A DNA stretch of 61,934 nucleotides, the filler included, from Platydemus manokwari (lineage: Eukaryota): the NCBI GenBank assembly GCA_037951405.1. It is 6 parts of 6 records of this genome, joined end to end, with 100 filler letters (N's around TTAATTAATTAA, not from the genome) between each part and the next. Parts side by side here need not be neighbours in the genome. Positions count along the whole stretch, not along the records: positions 40,952 to 52,560 come from JBBMOY010483331.1; positions 52,661 to 61,934 come from JBBMOY011273206.1; 4 more parts are not named here. The stretch is one strand, 5' to 3'. The number at the start of each line of letters is the position of its first letter. The first letter of the stretch is position 1. Under the pieces are notes generated by a model. It saw only the letters and a program-made list of their open reading frames with translations. It did no database searches and was not told where the DNA came from. Shown here one piece after another: positions 51,320 through 61,934 of this stretch. The position numbers were made by a program, and so were the translations under genes.

Positions 51320-51760
51320 CTAACTGTAAGCCGCTACTATTTTATAAATCACACATTAAAACCGAACTAAAAAGTCACGACATCAAATTATATTTAAAAT
51401 ATAAATATTTAAATGAGGTAATTTGGTTTTATACAAAATGAAACCTTTAAAATTTTCAATTCAATTTGATTTACTTTGTATTGCTCACGTATTTGTCAAC
51501 ATAACAAAAACTCTAGTTCCTCTATCTGCTTAATATCTTCTTCATATCTACTATATATCTTATATGTGGCTTCTTTACATCTTCTTTATAAATATTCTCT
51601 ATATGGTCTCAAAGCCTTTCTCATTCTCTCCAATAATTTTCAGTCACCGATGTTATAAAAATCGAATTGCTAATCGAATTATTAAAAACGAACTAAAATA
51701 TAACGACACCAAATTTTTTTTAAATACAATTATTTTTTTATACAAAATCAAATTTTAGAC
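51320..51760 (-). repeat. Dispersed repeat family A, inverted copy
   Basis: GTAAGCCGCTACTATT..CGAACT..GTCACGACATC, a pyrimidine-rich tract, then a second ACGAACT..ACGACACC motif. Confidence 0.75.
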
Positions 51761-52560
51761 ATAAATAAGTCTAAAATTTTAAGTTTTATTTAAAATACTC
51801 ACACTTACAATGAGAAACCTGGACAATTTCCCAGTAAGCCATTTTAGCCATTCCACAATTTTTCTGTCGATTATTTTCATTTTTCTATCAGTTCATGAGA
51901 ACATCCGATTATATTTATGAGAATTAATGATCCAGTTCTGACTAGTAACAAATTTTTAAAATATCATCTGAAAAATGGTACCATTGAAATAATAAAACAA
52001 ATGACATTAATACAACTCGACAATTATTCATTTTTATCTATCATTAAAGTTTGCATTCAACTGACAAAGGACAATTTAAAATGGTATCATCATCGATCTT
52101 CATCTGTCACTGTTGTGAGTAGATAATTTCGAGTTTCTTGTAATGAAATATAAAATTCGTTTAATCATTGGCTTTCGACGTCAACCAAGCCTGCTTATGG
52201 AATACGGTATCCATAAATATTATTAGTTTGACGTTGAGTTTCATTTATTAGAAAATGATATCATTGAGAAATTACGAAGTCTGGTTCTTGAATATTTCGA
52301 TTAGTCAAATGAATAATGAGAATTTAATGATTTCCTTAATACAATTGGACGAAATTCGAGAGGTTTATTTTTAAAATACAAATTCGTAAAATCAAACTCG
52401 TTATTTGAGTGGTTATAAGAATATCAACAGTTTATGTAGTCCACTGCAAAATAATTGAAATCTATCTCTTTCTATTTGGCAAAAGTAGAACATATTCGAT
52501 TATCACAGTTATAATTAAATAATCAAGACTTTAATTGGAATACAAATATTTTCATAGCAG

Positions 52561-52660
52561 NNNNNNNNNNNNNNNNNNNNNNNNNNNNNNNNNNNNNNNN
52601 NNNNTTAATTAATTAANNNNNNNNNNNNNNNNNNNNNNNNNNNNNNNNNNNNNNNNNNNN
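52561..52660. other. Artificial assembly linker
   Basis: N44-TTAATTAATTAA-N44. Confidence 0.97.
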
Positions 52661-55600
52661 TGGTTAGGTTTCAGGTACAATTATTTTAGGATTCCAAACA
52701 CACACAAATTCAATTGTATTTCATAGAACTTAGCTAAAGAACACCTTGAAAAATTGGTATTATTCATGTTTTTCGACATTACAATGAAGAATAATAAATA
52801 ACTAAAAATGATTATTATTTATAATTCATCAAGAAATTAAGAATCAAAAAGTAATAATAAAAATTGTATAGCAAAATTGGAAATGAGATTAAACACTTGA
52901 TATCAGTACGATTTCCCAGTTAATAAACTAAAATGGTACCCGAATTTTTAGCTGGCATTTAAAATGTATGGAAAATTTTTCTGTAGTCCAGAAATTATCA
53001 GATTCCGAAACAATTTTCATCTCTTGGATTGAAAAATAATAATTTTTTGTAATCATTTACATGAGCGCAGATAGAATGCAATTAAAATTTAATTGCAGAC
53101 CAGAATTTCTTTTAATTCCTTAAAATTTGTATTGCTCTATTATTTTTCAAATTAGGTAAATAACTACAATCCCATTATCGGGAATTTTTCTTGCAACGTA
53201 AGCTTTGTTTTATTAAGCTTTTCCGAAACAATGCAACTTAATCCAAAATGACATTTTCAAAGAAATGGGAATTGGAATTTTTTATAAAACCAATAAAAGA
53301 CTGTCAACGAAGTTCATTATGATTTATTATAATTTTCCATATCAACTTTTCAATTTTTTTTGGTTTCATCATACTATTACTTTGTAAAGTTTTATTCATT
53401 TTATTTTACTTAGCAAAACAGTTGTATTAAATTTTGTTTGAGAAATCAAATTTCTGTTCCAGTAACAATGCAGATGTTGCTGAAAGTATTTGATAGCTAT
53501 TCTATGTCGTAAACAAGAGCTTGTGTTTAGCGTAAAAAATTCAAAGAGGGTCGAGAAATTAATGATGATGAAATACATTACAACCAACCACAGATCAAAT
53601 AATGAAGGTCTTGGTGCAATAATTGACAATTACTGACCTTGTTGGTACTGTAAGCATTTTATTTGGATCAGTCCAGACAATTTTTAAAGAAATTTTCGTG
53701 TCTCAGACGAATCAAATCTCGTTTCATACCAAAAATGCTAAACTTTCTGGAAAGGTGATTCAACTCTTGGTCTTAACAAAATGATAATGAATTGTTTCAC
53801 ACTCCATTGGTTTTCAAGATTGTTTCAACAAAAATTCAATACATATCATGACACAACCACTGTATTCGCCTGTTTTAGTATCACCCGACTATTCAACGAA
53901 CTGGAAAACCGCTATTGGGTTTCAGTTTTGACTCAACTAAAGAGATAAAATCAGATTCGAGGATGGTATAGAAAGCCATTTCGCAAAAAATTGACTTTAA
54001 CAACTATTTCGAGAATTGGTAAAAATTCTGGCACATATTGAATCTCACAGATTCAGATTGCGTTGAAATAGATGAAACTGATTTGGAGAATAAATAAATA
54101 TTTTTCAAAATTCTTGGTCATATTTGATCAGAGTACCATATAAAATTTTATGTTTCAAGACATCGTAGGACGGACCGGCTTATAAAATACCAATTTTACC
54201 AAAATGATAGTTAAGCTAATTTTACCGTGCCAAAATGACCAAAATACAAATTCGATCATCTCGTAGGATTATGATTTTCTCTAATTTAATCCACGATAAT
54301 ATTATCGTGGATTTCTTGCAAGAGCTTTTATGGGTTTAAATTACTAATTTATCCGGAGTACAAACGATGTGATTATTAATTTTTTGTACTTCAAATTTAT
54401 AAAACTATATTATTAGCTTAACGGGTACAATTTAGCCTTCAAATTATCACAATACGATTATTAAACTTCATTTTTAAATTACAATTATTTTGAATTGAGA
54501 AAATTGAAAAATAATATTCGTCAACCTACAATCCAATCTAAAATATTTGGATTCGATTTCCACATTTTATATCTATGATTGTACTGATTTCAATTAATAT
54601 CTCATTTGTAATTATGAGATACTTTCGATAATTTTATAAGACAATCTCAATTACAATTTTTTAATAATTGCTGATACCATCAGCGTAGTAAGAAATTAAT
54701 TCTCGATAGATATTTGATTTAAAACATAATATTGGAATTTCTCAAAATTTCCACTTTCCAATCCAAGATAATTAATTAAATTTATTAAATCACTTCATCT
54801 GTATAATCCATCATGTCGGACAGAAGCATCAATTTAAGGAATTAATAAATTGTGACATGAATCTCGAATTTATAAAATCTCACTTGGAAAATTATGCCGA
54901 AAATCTAACAGACGCATATATATGTACATATATAAACTTAAATATTAAATTTGATACTATAAATAGAATAAAAACAATTTCAGAATAGTTCGTGAAGAAG
55001 CTATAATTTTAATTCTTTCGTCAACAGTTAACTTTTTAAAATTATTAGATCATATTACAATTAAATTAATGCGGACAAACATTTTATTATAAACTGTTAA
55101 GAATGAAGACCAGATGTATGAAACAAGTTTTAAAATATTTAATTTATTATTTCATAAGTTATGCACTATTTTAAAAATCGAATTCATTTCAATACTGATA
55201 TCGAAAATTTTACTTGGATTATTAGTTATATATATATGTGTGTTTATAGACTTAGATTTTTCATTTTTCTATTCATGAGAGCAACTGTTTATGTAACAAC
55301 AATTTGATGAATATTATTAATTTGTAATAATTTTGTTCGATAATTTTATAACTCATAGTTTCATTGTTTTCAACTATTTTCGAATCCCAAGCAATTTTGC
55401 TGTTTATCTGCTTTTCTTTTACATCTATTATCAGGTATTTATTTGATTAAATTTTCCAAATATCTTTCCTTTTATCGATTATAATTACGGAAACCAAATC
55501 ATAATTTCTACATTGACCAATTCAGTGATTATTAAATTTCGTCATCATTTCAAAGATCACATTAACAATGGCACTTTATATACTTTGCCGGGTATTTCAT

Positions 55601-57849
55601 TTGATTCCAGATCAGTATACTCCACCCATCACACCGTCTATTTTGTGGAGTAATATTAAATTTCATTGATCTATATCTGATTTTGTCAAAATATTTCTGG
55701 ACTTGACAAACAATTTGATTTGAAAATTTAAAAATAGATATGACAACATTAATAATTTAATATTTGAGCGAATAATAATAATAATAATAAAACGTTTGAA
55801 ATAGTATGTAGTGACTATAAGTTGAGAGTCACTATTTTTAGATGGGTAGAATCCACTGGTAGATATTTATATAGAAATCTTGAAACACAAATTAAACATT
55901 TGTGTAAATCATCACAGCGTTCATAAGGATGATAACTTGTGATTTTTGACAATTAATGAGGAAATGACATGTCAAACATTCAACTTTCGATAATTATTTC
56001 TCCAAATATTTATACCATTATCATTATTATTTCAAATTAAATGATATGGTTTATCTAAAATATTCAAGTGGAATTATATTAATTACAATTTTGTTTTTCT
56101 TGAAACCAGCACTTCTTTTTCTAATGATCAGCTTTTTACTTTGAACTTATTTAATTAAACATGGTGATGTAATTGATCATTAAATCTATAACAAATAATT
56201 TTCCAAATGGAATCTGTTTTTTCTTCATAGAGTTTATAAAAGGAATTCCATTAAAAACGATGATTCCAATATTGAATACAGTTAAGTGTAGTTGTTCATG
56301 AATAGTAGAAGGAAATTTAAAAATTTCCAATCGACAAACAACGGGATTCATGAATTGTGAGAATTAGATAAAATATTTTCCATTCAAATTTAGAAAGTAG
56401 TTAGTAATGGCATTTTTGAAATTATTTTTGAATTGTATTCAAAGAATTATTAAAATAGAATTGTTAATATTAGGATTTATTATTTTATAATTCTACATTA
56501 AATTATGATGATCAGAAATAGCAATTGCTTATAAGAGTTATTTGACGTCTAAAATTGTTATAACGTTCAATTCATTCTTCAACAGATGTTTGGATTTGTA
56601 CAGATTTTTCGATTTGAATTGAATGATAAATTATTTGAGTAAATATAATATCAATGCATCAAATTTTGTGGAAAATAAATGGAACAGTTGAATTTCAAGA
56701 TTATTTGACAAGATTGAGGGTAGTTCATCTGGTTTGAAAGCTAATTATCTTAAATAAATTCCGAACCATGAGCATATTTTGGCGGATATTTTACAGAGTT
56801 CCAGGAACAGATAATTATATCATTTAGCATGGAATACCTTTCCAAAATTTCCAGTATTATTGATCAATAAGACAAAATCAATTCAGTTTCTTCAATGATT
56901 TTTGCTCTGGAAGAAAATACATATCTTCTAATCGGAAAGATTGCCATTACCTCTCTTGAAGTACGAAAACTTATTGTTTTGATGTTGTGTTTTCTTAAAG
57001 CCTATGTTTAAAATGGCTTAATTTAATGAAAATATGAAATGTGGGGAATATATGATATTGTTTTATGTGGATGAATTTGTATCAACCAGCAGGCATAAAA
57101 TGTGTAAATAAAAATGTAAGAATTCTCGGAAAGTTATTTTTCATTTAATATTTGATAATTTTTTATGGCTTAAGTTAAAAAATAAAATTATGTGGAGTTT
57201 ATTGCAAAATCTATATAGTTTATTTAATTAAATTCTTTAAAAACATTTTGAATTTTTTATTTAAGTATTTGAGAAGAATTTAAGTTGTTTATAAAAAAAT
57301 ATTATATACACAGGAGTTTTAAAATATACTAAAAATTAATTATTTGAAAAACGGGTCAAAGTACGTCAAAATGCAAATTATCGAGAACCCATTTTTAACA
57401 TTAAAAGCGCATGAAATGATATCTAAGATTTTTAGAGATGTTTTATAAAATAATGTGATTTGTATTTTTGTATTTTATTTTTTGTATTTTATCTCAAAAT
57501 AAGTATGTCAATTTCTATTTAATAAATTTGATACATAGATCCAAAACCTACCGATACTGCAATGAAATCAAAATTTCATCCAAATCGAATAAATCTTATA
57601 GTTAGAGATGCCACAAATATATAAGAAGTTTCGTAATACAAATAGGGACTTCATTCAACAATTCGGCATTGTCCCTTTTCGACACTCTAAATAAAGTATT
57701 TGTAGTGCACTAGGTTCACCCATAACGTATATTAGCAAAATGACCTTCATAAGAAAATCAACAATTTTTATTAAAATAAAACTAAGAATTTAAAATTATT
57801 TATTAAGGTATGAAATTTGTAGATTCCACCCGTATAAACAAATAGCTTG

Positions 57850-58130
57850 GCATAGACAAAAAATAGCAGGCCTAAATATCAACATTGAAATTGATGAGGC
57901 CTATTTTGGACGTGCCAAATATAGTAGCGGGCGTCGAAGACATGGCAATTTAGTTATTGAAATACTGGAGAGAGAATTGATTCTTATTTCTAATCCGCAG
58001 CCGAAGCGCATTGACTCCAGAAGCATTAAATACAAGTTAAATAGAAAATTTACATTTAAAATGATACTTTTATTTAATAGTATGTCTGTGAAACCATGAT
58101 ACATAATATATGAGGATTCTTGGGGCTACT
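57850..58130 (+). mobile_element. Merlin (IS1595/ISXO2-like) DDE transposase remnant
   Basis: KIAGLNINIEIDEAYFGRAKYSSGRR and VKP*YIIYEDSWGY match the Merlin motifs VEIDESKFGKRKYxRGR and PGTxIxSDxWxAY. Confidence 0.8.
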
Positions 58131-60289
58131 TTTTCCTTTTTTATCTAAAATTGAATTTTATGTAAAAATTTCATTAAAATATGATTAGAAATAAATTTTA
58201 ATATTAAATAACTAACAAAAAATGATTATATTAAAATTGGATCAAAGGACCCTTTCTCTTAACATAAGCCAAAATTTCTAATTATAATATAAATAAATAT
58301 TACACTTGATAGAGATTTTAATTCTTTTAAATTTTAAATTATTTTAGAAATTTTCTTAATGTCAAATAGATTAATTAATTTTAATTGTCATGATATCTGA
58401 TCCACGCTTCATTGTATTAGTTTGTTGGTTTTCAATCTGTTATTATTATTGTTATGAAGAAGTCATTATTACATTAAGTTTATTTTCATGCTATTTTTAA
58501 AGCAAGTTTTTAAAAATAAAGATGATTCTTAGATAATTTTCAAAAGGTGCCGAATGTAAAAATTTGTTTAAAAAACCGTTGGAATAATGTGGCATGAATT
58601 TGATGAGAAATTATATTCTTTAGTAATAAGTAACAAAAATCTAATGACATTTCATTCATCCTGATGATTCGTTAAAAAATATATGTCCAATTTTAACCTT
58701 CCTTGTAATCTATTCTTAATTTTACTTTTTAAATTGCAGTTTTAATAGTTTAAATTATTATAAAAATTCTCAAAAATAAAGCTTTTATCAGATTAATAAA
58801 GTATTATTGAATTTACGATTGACGTTGTAGATTTTTTATACAAAAACCTGAGGAAGATATCTGCCTAATAAAAACCACCTAGTTTATTGTATTAACATAC
58901 ACATACGCGTGCTTATTTTTTAGAATGTGGGGTTTGACTACAGTAATTGCAGTAGGCCATCGTTACATAACATGCATGCATACACGGTCAGACCCATTAT
59001 GTTATTGGATGATTATAATAATTATTACATGAATGGTTAACTAGGTTGACGCCACAATATATTACCATAATAATTATTATTTGTTTTACCAGAAAAAATT
59101 GAAACAATCTAAATTGAAATTTTGAATACAAATATGATTTGATCTTTTTATAATGTTGTCATATTTACCTATTGAAGAGGCTGATCTAAAATTCCCCTAT
59201 TACTGCATTAGATGTCTCGATTTCAAAAATGAGAATGTAGCAACAATTATCCAATCTCAAGAAATAGAATAAACGCATCGGTGATTTCAAAATAAGCCAA
59301 TCTTTAACAACCAAAGAGAGAAAATTTTGATCGAAGTTTGAAATATTTTTTAGACATTATAATGAAACATGTGTAATTTATAATTAGTATTTTGAAAAAT
59401 TTTGAAATTTCTTTCAAATAAATATAGTTGTTGCAAAAATATTTATTATTGGATTATCTTCCAATTAGATTTCACCAACTTGTTGCAATAAATAATCATA
59501 AAACTTCAAATGATAAAACTTTCAAATCAGAAAGAATTTCTGAATATATTTTCTTCGAGGACTTATATATTCAATGCAAATTTTAGTGTTAATTTGACAT
59601 TTTCAAAAGAGATAATTGTTAATAGAATTAACACCAAAATCAAATAATTATATTCCATCCGATAACTAAGCATCCGTTCAATTAAAAACTTATAAAATCA
59701 GAATTTTATTTTGTTAAGTTTGACCGATGATGTTCCCTTATATAAAATTTATTCAATTAACACAAATATCCACTAATAAAAAATTTATTCGTGTTAAGTT
59801 TATTATTGTGTCACAATAATGAATCCTTTGTTTCTCACAATTTCTTGTAACCTTAGCATTTGGACTGTGAACTTGTCCAAAACTCAGTCCTATGACCTTA
59901 TTAAAAATGATTCCATCGGTAACGATAGTTTTCCTATAATTTTTACTGCACATGTTAATGCAAAATTTATTTCAGACCATCTTCTCTATTTGCATTGTCA
60001 AAATATCAAAAGATGTCGCAAAAAATATGTTTAAAACCCAAACATAGATTTATTATACTTTAATAAGCTACATGCTTCGGATTCCAAATCTTAACTCTCA
60101 CTATAATAATTATTATTGATGGAATTCAATTAGATAACGAGTTTAGATTGATGTTTCCACCAAGAATCCGACTCCTAACAGAAAATTAGGTGCGTATTGC
60201 TATATAATAATATAAACGATATAATACTTTTATTTATGATGCAATAAATAACAAGATACAATAATGATTTTAACAGTGAAGGTGTTGTG

Positions 60290-60440
60290 ACCTGATGGCT
60301 TGTATGAAAAATCGGGCGGAGGGTCTAATTGGCTCCCTACTCCGATATGAAACTACAGGAGAATTGATTTTAGGCTCTAACAAATTCGATTTTGACTTTG
60401 TGTAGTGGTATTAATTAAATAATTTCAACTGATCTCCTAT
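60290..60440 (+). repeat. Dispersed repeat family B copy
   Basis: Similar to 23255-23420. Confidence 0.65.
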
Positions 60441-61934
60441 CGAAGATTGATGAAGGAAAAATAAGAATGTATAAAATAACAGTTACCATTGTAAGACTGA
60501 ATAATAATATGAAAATCACGAAAAGCTTGTGAATATGCAAATTCCAATCGATTCCGAGGCAATAAATCAAAATTTGAGGGAATATGCGTCAGAAATTATT
60601 GTGCGAGAAACTAAAGAAAGTGTTCGTTTAAATACTATTTTATGTAACGAGAGTTTCTAGGTGCTATTATTTATTATTTACTCAACCATAGAAATTTCTT
60701 GCGTTGATATGGTTATCTTAATTTTAAATACAAATGACTAAGGATACTTCCACCGTTCCCACGGCAACGTGCATTAATCATATTTTTAATCTTATAAATG
60801 TTAAATCAATAGGAATTGTTCAAAATTTTATAATAATTTTATTTATAATTATATGTATTATCTGTATATTTATATGTTACTATGGATATATGGATAACCA
60901 ATATTATTGTCATTATTATATTATGGATATATTATATTGTTTTGTATAATTATTTTAGGAAAAAACCCGTGAATAAAAACATAAATATCGCAAACGTTTA
61001 AAACTAGGTATTATAAAAGGAATTTTTCGATATCTTTGTCTCTGCAACAAGTCGAACATCAAAAATTTGGCATTACTTTACAGTATTCGTCATCACGATG
61101 CCTGAAAAACGTTATGTAATGAAATTCCTTATTTATTTGTAACAGAAATCTTACTTTAATTTAATGATTATACAATTTGTTCTTGTTCCGTTCTTGATTA
61201 ATTAATTTTATTAATAAATCATCGGTAACAAAATCTAATTTATGAGCAACCATAAACATCAAAATAAGCAAAGTTTTGTAACATTGACAAAAAATAAACG
61301 AACAGACCTTGCCAGCTTAAGTTCAGATGGAGACACTGTGGCAAATCTGCCAGTCACGGCTGTTATCATTTTTCTATGATTGAAATTGAGATACTCAATT
61401 GCAATATTTTGTTCTGCAGAAATGTAACAATATTTTTGTTATCTGTAAAAAACCCTCAGCTGATAATTTTATAGAAAATATAATTGTTTGAAGTCCATAA
61501 ATTATTGATTAGTTGAAAATGTTACTTTTGAAAGAGTTATTACTGTTCATAAAATTGTGCAGGTCCATTTAATTCAACAAAAAAATGGAAACTTATTATA
61601 CGAAAAATGGGAATCTCATTTTTCATTGTCAAAGTGCTTTATTTTAAAATTATTTTATTCATCAGTAAATCAATATAATTTCCTTAGAAATTTTGCTTCC
61701 TTTTCAAATTTATTCTGGTAATATTATGCTCAATTTAGTGTTAGAGGTTCAAGTTAGAAATTGTTATGTATTGTTAAGTAATAATATAAATAATTGGATG
61801 CAGGTTTGAATGAATCAGTGCCAAGTGATACCAACAAGAGTTATCTCCAAAACGAAGATGACCATTATCTTCTACAGATATATTGAGTTGATATAATAAA
61901 TAAATCAATGGATTAAATAAATGAAAATAATAAT

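Larger units (their letters stand above)
55850..61440 (-). pseudogene. Decayed discoidin domain receptor (DDR)-like tyrosine kinase pseudogene
   Basis: Collinear remnants: EYLNFNHRKMITAVTGRF (~61400-61345); RILGGN..NLCLGFKHIFCD (~60170-60015); EDGL and DGIIFNKVIGLSFGQV; GCLVIGWN (~59675-59652); F*FESFII*SFMIIYCNK (compare FEFDRLRAFQAMQVHCNN); DWLIL; kinase TGNFGKVF (~56850); VKY..EFI...QMNYP; KYLE; PYER..DLHKCL. Many stops and indels. Confidence 0.6.

Overview
Very AT-rich eukaryotic (animal) genomic DNA with GT-AG introns, many only 45-62 nt. The composition and transposon content fit a flatworm such as a planarian, but that is inference. The window is not one locus: five 100-bp artificial linkers (N44-TTAATTAATTAA-N44) join six pieces of roughly 9-12 kb, so adjacency across linkers may not be biological. 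Genes reconstructed by hand-splicing are: a complete 3-exon MAP10/KIAA1383 homologue (+), the 3' exons of a KIF19-like kinesin-8 (+), a complete 3-exon PGRMC (-), the 3' end of a Mind bomb-like ankyrin/RING ligase (-) and, only about 330 bp further on the same strand, the last four exons of HIRA (-). There is also a badly decayed DDR-like receptor tyrosine kinase pseudogene (-). Mobile DNA includes a decayed NeSL-clade retrotransposon carrying a Ulp1-like protease, a rosa/DD41D element with TIRs, mariner, Merlin, RTE and CR1-like fragments, and several dispersed and tandem repeats. The most unusual observation is the Mind bomb/HIRA arrangement. All homology calls come from remembered family motifs; no database search was run.
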